The position numbers were made by a program, and so were the translations under genes. Below the pieces are notes generated by a model. The model was not told the DNA's origin. It ran no database searches and worked only from the letters and a program-made list of their open reading frames with translations. A DNA stretch of 64,000 nucleotides, taken from the NCBI RefSeq assembly GCF_006345805.1, contig NC_043009.1, forward strand, positions 40,734,001-40,798,000, given 5' to 3'. Source of the stretch: Octopus sinensis (Eukaryota). The stretch's first letter is position 1. Every line of letters starts with the position of its first letter. Shown piece after piece: positions 27,548 through 40,318 of this stretch.

Positions 27548-28075
27548 GGCAGCAAGCTGGCAGAATCGTTAGCACGCCGGGCAAAATGCTTAGCGGCATT
27601 TCGTCCATCCTTACGTTCTGAGTTCAGATTCCACCGCGGTCGACTTTGCTTTTCATTCTTTCGGGCTCGATAAAATAAGTACTAGTCAAGCATTCGAATC
27701 GATGTAATCGACGGATCTTTACCGTCTGATTTAGAAAATTTACCGGCAGATTTAGAAAATAATTTTTTGTAATTAAATACTTTCAAACTTCGTATACTGG
27801 TAGAATGTGTCATATAAAACATCTTTTACTCTTAGAGTTTTTGAGAAAACTTTATATTTACGATAACTTTAACACGAAATAACTTAGTAAATATAAAGTT
27901 TTCTCAAAAACTCTAAGAGTAAAAGATGTTTTATATGACACCAGTATACGAAGTTTGAAAGTATTTAATTACAAAAAATTATTTTCTAAATCTGCCGGTC
28001 AGAAGGTAAAGATCCTAATCGACTAACTCCCTCCCACAAATTTTCAGGCCTTGTGCCTATAATAGAAAAGGTTAT
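27548..28075 (+). mobile_element. SINE family B interrupted by a MITE; further degraded B copies follow to ~28400
   Basis: Head GGCAGCAAGCTGGCAGAATCG at 27548. The sequence resumes after 28023. Confidence 0.85.
27713..28015. mobile_element. Fold-back MITE with GG..CC ends and 8-bp TSD (Merlin-like)
   Basis: TIR GGATCTTTACC/GGTAAAGATCC, arms ~140 bp. TSD TAATCGAC at 27705-12 and 28016-23. Confidence 0.85.
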
Positions 28076-28409
28076 TTTAATTATCATTTGTAAGCTGACA
28101 GAATCAGTAGCTCATCGAAAAATTACCAAGTGCATTTCTTCTAGCTTTACATTCTAAGTTCAAATGTCACCGAGGCTGATCAATAAAATAAAGCGCCGAT
28201 CGAATACTGGGGTCGATCGACTTCCTCTTTCCCCTAAAAAATCGCTGGTCTTGAACCAAAATTAGAAAGAATTATTATCATTATTGTTGAACTGAAAGAA
28301 TCGTTAGCACATCGGAGAGAATGATCAGCGACACTTCCTCCGGCATAAACGTTCTAAGTTTAAATTCCGTCGAGGTCGACTTTGCCTTTTATTCTCTCAG
28401 GATTAACGA

Positions 28410-28787
28410 GCAAATCGACCTATGGACATATTCTTTCTAAACTTAGTACTTACTCTATCGGTTTCTTTTTATGACGAACCGCTAAGTTACGGGGACGTAA
28501 ACACACCAGCATCGGTTGTCAAGCGATGTTGGAGGGGACAAACACAGACACACAAATACACACACACATACACACACACATACACACACACATACACACA
28601 CATACATACACACACACATACATACATATATACGACGTGCTTCTTTCAGTTTCTGTCTACCAAATCCACTCAAAAGTTTTGGTCGGTTCGAGGCTAGTTG
28701 AAGACACTTGCCCAAGGTGCCACGCAGGGGACTGAACCCGGAACCATGTGGTTGGTAGGCAAGCTACTTACCACACAACCACTCCTA
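28410..28787 (-). mobile_element. SINE family A
   Basis: Reverse complement of the family A consensus. Confidence 0.88.
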
Positions 28788-28797
28788 CATCTATCTC

Positions 28798-28891
<94 letters not shown>

Positions 28892-29038
28892 CATAAATAC
28901 ATACATACATACATACATACATACATACATACACACATATATGCATACACATACATAAACACATATATAAACACATAGAAATACTTATATGTATGCATAT
29001 TTATGTGTATGTATATATAAATATATATATATATATAT

Positions 29039-29070
<32 letters not shown>

Positions 29071-29606
29071 ATATATATTCATATATACACACATATATTT
29101 GCATATACATACATAAAGACATATGATTATATACATGATATGTATGCATGCATGCATGCATGTATGTATGTATGTATGTATGTACGTATATGCGCGTAGA
29201 AAGTGATTTCTGATCGCAAAAATAATCAAATATATTAAACGAATTTTATTTTATTTTATTTAATTTAATTTTATTTATTTATGTATGTATTTATTTATTC
29301 ATTTATTTATCTTTGCGTAACACATCAAAACTCTATATTGGATATTAATCGGTGGTGAACGGCACCGACGCCATTTTAGTATTTCTACCATACATAACTG
29401 ATTATGAAAGAATAGAGATAAATCATCTTTTAATTCGCTCAGACAAGAAAAATATATATACATATTGATTTAGTAATGAACTCTTAATGAGTCTTCGTTT
29501 TCCCAAGGAACATATATGTCAAATTGTTAATATTAACGTCTGGCAATATATATTTTAAAATATTAATAGCGTGCTGTCTCACATCTCTCGCTACTCTCTT
29601 TCTTTC

Positions 29607-29693
<87 letters not shown>

Positions 29694-29882
29694 GTCTGTC
29701 TGTCTGTCTTTCAATCTGTCTGTCTGTCCATCCATCCTTCTGTTTATCTAGATCTTTCACTTCTTGTCTCTTGTGATACAGTTTCGTTTCTCGATAGAAT
29801 TTTTATCAAATTTTATCAATATTTATAAAATATCGTCATCATCGTTTAACTTTTTCACGTTCGAATATGTAAGCTGACTCAC

Positions 29883-29937
<55 letters not shown>

Positions 29938-29938
29938 T

Positions 29939-29970
<32 letters not shown>

Positions 29971-30746
29971 TAAGCATCAGTTGAGCACCGGGATCAATGT
30001 CATCAACTTCCCCTCCTCAAATTGCTGGCCTTGTGCGAAAATATGGAACCAATAATTATATCTAATTAATGCAGGAATCGTTAGCACGCCGGGCAAAATG
30101 TTTAGGGACATTTCTCTTGAGTTCAAATTCCGTCGAGGCTGACTTTGCCTTTCAACCTTTTGGTACTGATAAAATTGATACCATTTGGGTACGGCAGTCG
30201 ATGAAATCGACTGGAACCCTTCTCCAAAATTCCAAGCCTTGCGCCTATAGCAGAAAAAGAAGTATTGCTAATTAAGGTATTCTGAGTTCAAGCGTTTGCC
30301 TGTCATTCGCAGTCAATAAAATAATATACAGGGATCAACGGTATTGGCTAAAACCGCCTAAATTAATGATTTTTTATATATATCAGGAGCCAATTATTAA
30401 AGCTAGTTTTTGTTTTCTATTGAATCTGTGTCGTTGAATTCTACAATTTGAAGGAGACTTGGCTACTATTTCTAGCACAAAAAATACTCTCTCGTTGGCT
30501 CAGTGATTTTGCCGTCCTTCAGACATCATTGAAATATGAACTATGTATGTTTATTGCCGAGTAAACAAAACTATTACATTGCAGCCAAGAGAAACACATT
30601 TATATATTATGCAAAATACTGATCTGAATATAACATATTGTTCTATTTAGTGGCTTTAATCCTCTTAATGAGCTTTGAAAGAAGTAATTAAGTAATTTCT
30701 TGGAAAAGTAACTCCAGTTGGTAAATGTGTGTGTGTGTGTACGCAC

Positions 30747-30779
<33 letters not shown>

Positions 30780-31062
30780 TGTATGTATGTATGTATGTAT
30801 GTATGTATGTATGTATGTATGTATAATCTACGCTTATGCAGCTTCTCTTGATTCCTGATTGGGGATACCGGTCTTACAGAAGATGCTTTGTTCAGTAATG
30901 TTCAATATATAAAGAATTGACTAATAGTGCGTACTTGCGGAAAACTCTGGAAAACATTCAGTTTAAAGGTTTTTAAAAATGAATGTAAATTGATCGGAGG
31001 TGACTACGGTGACAGCCCATAGTTTCATGTAAACAACTTTGTAACATAACCATTATCTAGAA

Positions 31063-31281
31063 CAGTGCTTTTCAAACTTTTTGCTGGAGCGGAACCCCAA
31101 GGAAACATTCCACTGGCTCGAGGAATCTCTGTGCAATAATTTAATAGTCTTATGCACACATATCTGCACAGGAGAATTAAAAATTACTGCCGATTTTAGC
31201 AGTTTTGTAACTTCTTGCGGAACCCCTGGACAGTACTGGTGGAACCCTAAGGTTCCGCGGAACCCTGGTTAAAAACCACTG
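31063..31281. mobile_element. hAT (Charlie-type) MITE
   Basis: TIRs CAGTGCTTTTCAAAC / GGTTAAAAACCACTG. 8-bp TSD ATCTAGAA at 31055-62 and 31282-89. Repeated GGAACCC subterminal motifs. Confidence 0.9.
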
Positions 31282-31505
31282 ATCTAGAATACAATCAATG
31301 TTTAAAACGTATATAGATTGTGTATAACATGAAAGCAGTGCGTAAATTATACACCAGATCAAAACAAACACATTTTTGCTGGGTAGAGTACGTTAGAACG
31401 GTGTACCTCAGCTACTATTTCTGAAATACTTAACATTGATGCATGTCGATGCAGCATATAATGGAAGTTCTGTTAATAAAATAAAGAGATTTCTCCAACT
31501 CACTG

Positions 31506-31653
31506 TCTGTTTAAACCATTTTCGAGCTGACCCTTCACTGGTCAGTTCCTCACCAAATGTTTCGTTGATATCGCGAGCAGTTTTAGCTGCTTTACGTCCT
31601 TTTTTGGAGTTGAATAGCAAAATTGCTCGAATATCGCGCTTTGACAGTTCCAT
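31506..31653 (-). mobile_element. mariner transposase N-terminal HTH remnant
   Basis: MELSKRDIRAILLFNSKKGRKAAKTARDINETFGEELTSEGSARKWFKQ resembles the Mos1/SETMAR HTH. Confidence 0.85.
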
Positions 31654-31832
31654 TTCAGATGACTATAACACAAGGGGCTAAACACAGAGGGACAAATACA
31701 AACATAAGTGGAGACGAAAAAAGACAAATGAATGTGAAAATGAAAAAAATGAATAATGAAATAGAATGAAGCCACTTGACCCCACACCCGAGTGACTTCA
31801 TTTACACTTTTTTTACTTTCTTTTTACAAACT

Positions 31833-32043
31833 ATTGCAGCGTGGAAGGTGTTTATAAGCCATTTAAGAAACACACAAAACCCGTTAGATTCACTTCAACA
31901 TTTAAATTTAATTTGTCAAAATATTTTCGTCGCTTTGAGACCGCGACGAAAATATTTTGACAAATTAAATTTAAATGTTGAAGTGAATCTAACGGTTTTT
32001 GTGTGTTTCTTAAATGGCTTATAAACATCTTCCCCGCTGCAAT
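31833..32043. repeat. Palindrome (arms ~100 bp, 9-nt loop) centred on a hammerhead-like stem II
   Basis: GTCGC-TTTGAGACC-GCGAC followed by GAAA-ATAT-TT-TGACAAA. Arms 31833-31933 and 31943-32043. Confidence 0.85.
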
Positions 32044-32821
32044 TGTTTTCGTTCCAGCACACGATCTCAGATCCGGTCACTTGCTATGCAAGTACATCTC
32101 CGTAATTTTTACAAACTTATAATTAAGAAAGTTTAACTTAGGCGGCAACTTACTTTCGTCTGCTGTCACGCCTATGTCCAATGTTTCTGTCCCACAGTTT
32201 TCCATTAAACCGAAACATTTTTTGGAGTGGGGGTTGGGGACTTTTGGGCACCTGTCTATTTTTGTTATTGTTTGTGTCAGGTTTCTTGTCGGCACTCTTT
32301 TTACCTGGAATACCACAATCTGGTCCTCCATAACAAGTAGGATGGCAGCTACCAGCCAGACAACATATACCCCAGGACTAACCTTTGACTAACCTTTCGC
32401 ACAAAAAAAATTCACGATCAACTCGGTCACGGATGATACTAACAACGAGAAAAAAAATCAATGTTAATTCATTGATGCATTTGGGCAAGTCTATGTCTGT
32501 TTTATGAGACAATTTCCAAAAAAAAGGTTTTAATAAAATTCAAAACTCTGCAAAAATTCTTCATGGTTCCAAACGTTTCTTACTTTTTACTCAATGAGAG
32601 AGAGAGGGAGGGAAGGAGGGAGAGAGAGAGAGAGAGATAGGAATGTAATGTTTATCGCGACCTACGTTTAGGTGGCGATAAGAACAGACGGTACTGCTAT
32701 TTTTACGCCAAGAGGACGCTTCTTCCTATACACACACACACACAATATATATATATACATATATATATATACAAATATATATATACATACATATATGTAT
32801 TTATATATATATATATGTATT

Positions 32822-32899
<78 letters not shown>

Positions 32900-32966
32900 G
32901 TATTTATAATATATATATATATATATAATATATATATGATTATTTTATATATATATTATATATGTA

Positions 32967-33046
<80 letters not shown>

Positions 33047-33089
33047 TGATATATAATATATATATATATATATTATATATATATATATG

Positions 33090-33126
<37 letters not shown>

Positions 33127-33144
33127 TATATATATATATGTATT

Positions 33145-33193
<49 letters not shown>

Positions 33194-33202
33194 TATATAA
33201 TA

Positions 33203-33732
33203 TATATAGTAAAGCAAATAAAAGGGCTACAGCAGGTGCTTCGCCTCATACCGAAGGAATTAGAAATGGCAGTCAAAGACTGTTTTTCCATTTCTGTAAG
33301 TGGAGATTCCAAAAACGAAGGCCCGTGCAGCTCACATACACAAAACCGGAGAGTAGCAAATAGACGCAAACAGTCACTTACCGTTAATAACGAACATGTT
33401 TCTGGATCACAAACTTGGAAAAGTAGTTTGATTTCCTTCTTCGGCGCTATATTCGATAGATTTACCAAATGCCACAGGCCCTCACTTCTGATCCAGCGAC
33501 ATCAGATAGTGGGGGGAAGTGTGCAGATGTTAAACCTAAGTGATGACTAGGAACGTAAATTTTCCCTCCAAAATTCTGCCATGCGCGCCTTCTGGGTAAT
33601 CGTAATGGGCCTTCGTTTTTGGAATCTCCACTTACAGAAAATGGAAAAAACAGTCTTTGACTGCCATTTCTAATTCCTTCGGTATGAGGCAAAGCAGCCT
33701 GCTGCTAGCCCTTTTATTTGCTTTACTATATA
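33203..33732. repeat. Inverted repeat (~120-bp arms, 283-bp spacer) beside a TA array
   Basis: 33203-33323 is the reverse complement of 33607-33732. Confidence 0.88.
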
Positions 33733-33744
33733 CTGAACCTTACA

Positions 33745-33805
33745 AAGTTCCTGACGATGAATTTGTCGTATTTACATACCGAAATTTACCGGTAAATAAT
33801 TGTTG
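33745..33805 (+). ncRNA. Degenerate hammerhead ribozyme
   Basis: CTGACGA 33751-57. GAAA 33781-84. 14-nt palindrome ATTTACCGGTAAAT, then A as H17. Stems I and II are poorly paired. Confidence 0.5.
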
Positions 33806-33867
33806 GTTACATGAAAAACCACAGAAAAATTATTTACCATTTTTATTGTATATATATATATATATAT

Positions 33868-33912
<45 letters not shown>

Positions 33913-33944
33913 ATTTATATATATTAGAATGTATATATATATAT

Positions 33945-34002
<58 letters not shown>

Positions 34003-34239
34003 ATTAACAATTGAGGATAAAATCTTTAAAAGAAATTATCAGTAGTCAGCGTGAAAACCTCGTAAGAGAAAAATCCGTAAATTCTTCCTCTTTGAAAATA
34101 TTCATTTATATTATATGAGGGTACTACTATTCGTAGATACCAACACGCTAAGAGGGACCAATGCGGTCAAAACTACTAAAAATAAACAAAATTTTACCGA
34201 ATGCAAAACTTCAAACACATCATTTTAAAAAAGAATTCA

Positions 34240-34303
34240 GTTACATATCACATGTGATTTCGCATTTAATGCAGAATACGCATTTCATGTTCGTCAGTGC
34301 AAC
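34240..34303 (-). ncRNA. Type I hammerhead ribozyme (mirror copy of 34943-35006)
   Basis: The reverse complement gives GTTGCA-CTGACGA-...-GAAA-TCACATGTGA-TA-TGTAAC. Confidence 0.8.
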
Positions 34304-34942
34304 AAACTCAAGAAATATAAGAAAAAACATAACATTACAAACTCGATAGCCAACCGTAGAATTCGTCGTAGCTTGTACGAATGTTTATCTTTACATATCT
34401 ATGAAAATGGCGGGCTTTTTCGCAATGCATTTCGGTAACAAATTGCCTAGTCGGAATAAAAATTCAGTATTGAACTATTCCGGTGAAAAAATAAATTAAC
34501 AATTGAGGATAAAATCTTTAAAAGAAATAGTATCAGTAGTCAGCGTGAAAAACCTGTAGAGAAAAAATCCGTAAATTCTTCCTCTTTGAAAATATTCATT
34601 TATATTATATTGAGGGTACTACTATTCGTAGATACCAACACGCTAAGAGGGACCAATGCGGTCAAAACTACTAAAAATAGGATTTTTTTCTTACGAGGTT
34701 TTTCACGCTGACTACTGATAATTCTTTTAAAGATTTTATCCTCAATTGTTAATTTATTTTTCACCGGAATAGTTCAATACTGAATTTTATTCCGACTAGG
34801 CAATTTGTCACCGAAATGCATTGCGAAAAAGCCCGCCATTTTCATAGATATGTAAGGATAAACATTCGTACAAGCTACGACGAATTCTACGGTTGGCTAT
34901 CGAGTTTGTAATGTTATGTTTTTTCTTATATTTCTTGAGTTT

Positions 34943-35006
34943 GTTGCACTGACGAACATGAAATGCATATTCTGCATTAAATGCGAAATCACATGTGATA
35001 TGTAAC
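34943..35006 (+). ncRNA. Type I hammerhead ribozyme
   Basis: Stem I GTTGCA/TGTAAC (one G-U). CTGACGA 34949-55. Stem II (A)CAT/ATG(C). GAAA 34985-88. Palindromic ATCACATGTGAT. Predicted cleavage after A35000. Confidence 0.82.
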
Positions 35007-35137
35007 TGAATTCTTTTTTAAAATAATGATGTGTTTTGAAGTTTTGCATTCGGTAAAATTTTGTTTATTTTTAGTAGTTTTGACCGCATTGGTCCCTCTT
35101 AGCGTGTTGGTATCTACGAATAGTAGTACCCTCAATA

Positions 35138-35223
<86 letters not shown>

Positions 35224-36424
35224 GCATAATATATATATATATTCGGAGGGAGCTAGGAGAATCGTTAGCTCGTTAAAAATCTCTCTCCATATCTGCCTTA
35301 CTCCTTTTCCGTATTGATAAAATAAAGTACCAGTGAAGTACTTGAGCCAATAGTATCGACTACACTTCACTCCTGAAGACTGCTGGCCTTGAACCAAATG
35401 TAGGAACCATTATATATGTGTGTGTGTGCGCGCGAGCGCGTATGTATATATGTATGTATTATATATGTATGTTTTATGTGTATGTATATGTATATATATA
35501 CACTTATATATGTGTGCGTATGTATACATATGTGTGTGTGTATATATATATATATATATACTTGTATATATATGCATGTATATATAATAATATAAATAAT
35601 ATATAATTATATGCATATATATATATATATTAATAATGCATACTTACATACACACATACATACATACATACATACATACATACATACAGAAAGACAGACA
35701 GACAGGCAGGTAGGTAGGTAGGTACTTCATAGACGTACATATACACACGCAGTCATTTACACGTACGACCTGCTGCACTTGCAACACATGTTCGCACTCG
35801 TTCACCAAATCGCTGATCCTGTTTTATGAACTGATGTCAAATGGCACCATTCTGCGAGAGATTTTATCGTTGTGTCAGTTTAAAACCACTCCCTATTTCT
35901 GTTTTTCCAAACTTTCGCTATTCTTTTGCGTTTCCATTTTAGTCATTTATTGGGCCTATGATATTCATGGAAAATACGTGTTATCTATACTTTATTATTC
36001 ATGAGATCTAATCCTAAAATAACTTACACTCACATGTCTGCCAATCCTTTCTCGAAAGAAAATAAATCGCAGAGTTTTTATAACGACTCAAAGAGGAAGC
36101 TTTTACCTAGTTGCTATAATTACTGAAAATAGCAACTAAATCTTTCGCAAGACTTAAAAATAAAGTACACTTTAGTTAATGTAGTCCTTGATATGTTTTG
36201 CCTTGGACCTGAACTTCTTGATTAAATCTACGAAAGCTAATGTTTCATACGGTGTGTCTTAGACCTTTTTTAGACATGGTAGAGCCCATCCTTGTCTGAG
36301 TAGTTGGGGAGCATGAAAGTAATGTGTTGAGAAGGATTCTTTGAGGTTTGAATAAATGCAGCAAAAGCAAAGTTTGACGGAAATATTAGTCATTTTTCAT
36401 ACTTTCTAGGGGTAAGCAATTAGG

Positions 36425-37010
36425 AAATAACAGTTACTAACCAAGGACCAAAATCGTGTTACACAGTGTAATCTGAGGCCCACTTCGGTCACGACACAGA
36501 CCATGAGATTGCACCTAGAAAGTTACCCTCCCAGGTGCAAGTCCGGGCGAGATTGTTTATGGAAGACCAGCAGTCGCCCATGCATACTGGCCTCCCCTCT
36601 CCACGCCAACAGTGTTATCCAAGGGAAAAGCAAAGGCCGATACAGCTTGGCACCTGTGACGTCGCAACTCATTTCTACAGCTGAGTGAACTGGAGCAACG
36701 TGAAATAAAGTTGTCTTGATTAAGAACACAACACGCAGCCCGGTCCGGGATTCGAGCTCATAACCTCACGATCGTAAGCTCGACGCTCTAACCACTGAGC
36801 CATGCGCCTTCACACACAGTGTAATGATATTTAACTAAAACGTCAATGGCTAGCACCCAATGTAAAAGAATAATCCATCACCAAATCAGGATTAGACCTG
36901 AAAAACGTTATGCTCTGTGTTTTGTGAGATATGAAGGGTATCATCTATCATGCAATGTTGAACCAAAACGAAACAGTTGATGTGGATAAGTATTGTAATC
37001 AGCTATAGAA
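36425..37010 (+). mobile_element. mariner transposase catalytic-domain remnant, interrupted by a SINE
   Basis: Around 36850-37005 it reads RQWLAP..SGLDLKNVMLCVL*DMKGIIYHAMLNQNETVDVDKYCNQL, compare KKVMLCVWWD..G..Y..QL. Confidence 0.75.
36473..36813 (-). mobile_element. SINE with family D-type head and CORE-like segment, tail type 4
   Basis: Head TGGCTCAGTGGTTAG..GCTCGAATCC. 12-bp TSD ACACAGTGTAAT at 36461-72 and 36814-25. Confidence 0.88.
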
Positions 37011-38369
37011 AAAAGCGCTCGCCATTAGCTAATCATAAAGGGATGCTGCTCTTACACACACTTATATATTGCAAGCGGAGAGAGAACACCCTATTATTCT
37101 AGCTCAAAGACGACCAGCTCACGTAATTTCGACCTCATTTTCGTCATCCTCAGTAATGGATACTAGTCTGCCAGACATAGCGGTAGTTCACCCCAGCTTG
37201 CAGTATTTTAAAAATCATTCAAGAAAATTCTATGGCACGAAATATGAACGTTTTACCTCATCCTCCTTACCTTGCTTCATCTGGCAATCAAGTTCCCAGG
37301 CTATTACAATATTATTTAGACAGAAGCCAATTTATTAGTTGTAAAGAGTTTAAAATGATTGTGAGTGTTTCTTTACTTCAAAACCTGAAGAATTGTACGC
37401 ACGTGCAATCAACAATTTGTCAAATAGATGGAATTGTGTTCTCAATAATGAGAAGATATATTATCTTGGTTAATTATATCAATTAAAACCAAAGAAGCAC
37501 TTGCTTCTTTTCCATCTCGAAATGCGGCAAGATTTTCTTTCCAATCTAATCTTTTTCCCTCTCTCTCCCTCCCCTCTCTCTCCCCTCACTCTTTCCATAA
37601 ATCTGTGTGTGTTTGTGTGTATACACGCATACCAGCAATTAATATATATAGCTGTAGAAATGAGTTATGACGTCATTGGTAACAAGCTGTATCGGCCTTC
37701 GCCTTTAACTTGGATAACATCAGTGGCGTGGATAAAGTCAGTGGTTTGATAACATCGTCTTGGCTTAACAGCCCTCATCGTTTGTTTTTACTGTGTTATT
37801 CTCTTTGTTCTGTCTTTTGCTGTTTTTATTTTGATTGTTTTTACCGTCTTGTTTTGTTCTTACTGTCCTGTTCTTGTTACTACTTTTACCCTTCCGCAAA
37901 AAATCCCAAATTTTATTTAATTTGCTTTGCGTCTTGTCTTTACATTCGAAAACACGGAGTAGACGAAACAGAGACAACTGAAGAAGGGGAATATTCCTTG
38001 TGCTGTATGTCTTATGCTCTGTTTCTTCGTTGTTTGAAAAATAGTTCGTTCCCATGTTTTTGTTTTTATGTTTTCGTTTCTCATTGTGTTCTACGTTTTT
38101 TTTTTATGTCCTGTACCCAATCAGCCGAAATTGTGAAGATGATCCGGTTTTTGACTGAAGATTGAAGGCTTCGAATGTCTCGTCCGTGTTTTTTGTATCG
38201 TCTTCTAAATGTTTCACGTTCTTGTCCCAGTTTGTATTTTTTTACATTTACATATGTATATATACATATAGATGTAGGTATGTACATATATGTATGCATA
38301 TATGCATATATCTATATATTATTTGTATTATTATATGATCGAACGCCACACATCCTTTTCCAAGTAAAT

Positions 38370-38443
<74 letters not shown>

Positions 38444-38540
38444 CAAACAAGAAAAATAGAACTCAAGATATGAGTATATGTATATTTTTATGTACATTAT
38501 TTACAATTGACGGATATTTGTCCTCATCTTGTTTGCTGTT

Positions 38541-38586
38541 AACACAACTTTTCGGTTGATATACCCTCCAGCCTTCATCAGGTGCC
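38541..38586 (-). ncRNA. Minimal type I hammerhead ribozyme
   Basis: Reverse complement: GGCAC-CTGATGA-AGGCTG-gagggtatat-CAACC-GAAA-AG-TT-GTGTT. Confidence 0.7.
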
Positions 38587-38689
38587 TTGGGGAAACTTTC
38601 GGTTCTCTTTCCTGGGTTCTCTTTCCTAAGGTATTTTTCGGTGTTGTTGTTGTTATCATTATTATTATTATTATTATTATGATGATTCA

Positions 38690-38761
38690 GGTCACTGCTT
38701 GGAATCGAACTCGGAATTTTGAGGTTAGTAGCCCGCACTCTTAACCACTACGCCATATGCC
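38690..38761 (-). promoter_or_regulatory. tRNA-derived Pol III head (A and B boxes) upstream of a hammerhead
   Basis: Reverse complement: GGCATATGGCGTAGTGGTTAAGAGTGCGGGCTACTAACCTCAAAATTCCGAGTTCGATTCCAAGCAGTGACC. The acceptor stem is not intact, so this is not a functional tRNA. Confidence 0.8.
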
Positions 38762-38868
38762 GTGGGTATGATAACAACAACAACAACAACAACAACAGCA
38801 ACAACAACAACAACAACAACATTGGAAAATAGCTTAGAAATGAGAACCCAGGTTCGAAATTTCCCCTA

Positions 38869-38906
38869 GACACCTGATGAAGGCTGGAGGGTATATCAGC
38901 CGAAAC
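38869..38906 (+). ncRNA. Hammerhead with intact core and stem II but deleted stem III and cleavage site
   Basis: GACAC-CTGATGA(38874-80)-A-GGCTG..CAGCC-GAAAC, then an ~11-nt deletion relative to the mirror arm. Confidence 0.65.
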
Positions 38907-39788
38907 AACAAAAAAGGATGAGGACAAATATCCTTCAATATTGTAAATAATGTACATAATTACTCATCTCTTAAATATAGAACTGTATGTATATTTTTAT
39001 TGATGTTTAACAGAAGTAACAGAGTAATTCAAGGTCCCAAGAGTTTTGCATGTTAGCAGAAGTGTGCGTGCGTGCGCGTGTGTGTGTATAGATGTATGTA
39101 AGAACGTATATATGTGCTTATGTCTGTAAGTATGCATACATGAATGCTCTTGTATATATCTATGTATTTGTGTAGCCGTTGGCATTTAGTAATGATTCGT
39201 TGTAGTGTAGGCGTTGTATACATCTGAGTTTCATGTATATAATATATTTACAACAGCAGACATCAGTGAATTGCAGTACGCACAAGGAAGGCTATGGTAT
39301 TTAGCTGGCGTGTTACAATTGATGGGGGTGTGTAAAAGGAAATGTTAAAATAATCTGACTTCATAGATTTACGTTACCGTTAATAATCTGTTTAGATATG
39401 AATGTCGATGATGTGACGGCTGACTACAATGGTGGAAAATTTGAATAGTAAGAGGATTGAGGTTCCTGGAAATAATTTCGTTCTGATGTAAGACCGATGC
39501 TATTCGAAAAGCTTGGCACTCCGCGTAAAGTTCACTTTAGTAAATCATCAGAAACGGTTCTATCATTACTTATTAAATTAAATTCAAAGACATCTAACAC
39601 TCATTTATGCCTGAACAGAGACAAATGCATACAAATGCATACAAATGCATACAAATACACAATCATATATATGTATGATTATATACCGATGTACGCACAC
39701 ATACACGCACACGCACACATATATATCAATTTATATATATATACATATATATATATATATGTATGTATATATATATATATATATGTAC

Positions 39789-39823
<35 letters not shown>

Positions 39824-39884
39824 TGTATGTATGTATGTATGTATGTATGTATGTATGTATGTATGTATATATGTATATATTATC

Positions 39885-40318
39885 AGTAATCATAAAGGGT
39901 AAAATTAATTAATCAATTTATAATTAATAATCTTACCAAGTAGTTTTGGTATGTTAAAAGAACCATTATCGGTAAACTTATACAAAAATTTTATAATTAT
40001 AAACATAATTATAATTAGGGTTTAGCAAAATATCTTGATTACTAGTGCTCCCAAATTTATAATTGAAATACTATACTGATGATGGAAATAAGATATGGTT
40101 AATTTTACATATCTTTAATCCTGAAACGCGTATATAGTTAATCAAAGCCGGGTGGATTCGGTATTTTTTCTTTTTGTCTGTGTGAGTTGAGAGTATTGCT
40201 ATCTGGGAGATATCTTATGGTAGTAGAATAGTATTTAACTGCTACTTCTAAATTTCGGTATGGAGTGAAGCAATTTTGCTAAACCCTAATCATAATTATG
40301 TTTATAATTATAAAATTT

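Larger units (their letters stand above)
34004..35140. mobile_element. Retrozyme-like element: ~490-bp unit in partial tandem plus an inverted copy, between TA arrays
   Basis: Unit start ATTAACAATTGAGGATAAAATC at ~34003 and ~34494. 34680-35140 is the reverse complement of a permuted unit. No ORF. Confidence 0.8.

Noticed and set aside
37970-38180. CTGAAGA motifs at ~37978 and ~38155
   Set aside because: I cannot build stems I-III in the right order. Kept only as a repeat family shared with 21.3-21.5 kb.
38690-38761. Functional tRNA gene
   Set aside because: The acceptor and anticodon stems are broken. Like the other SINE heads it is only tRNA-derived.
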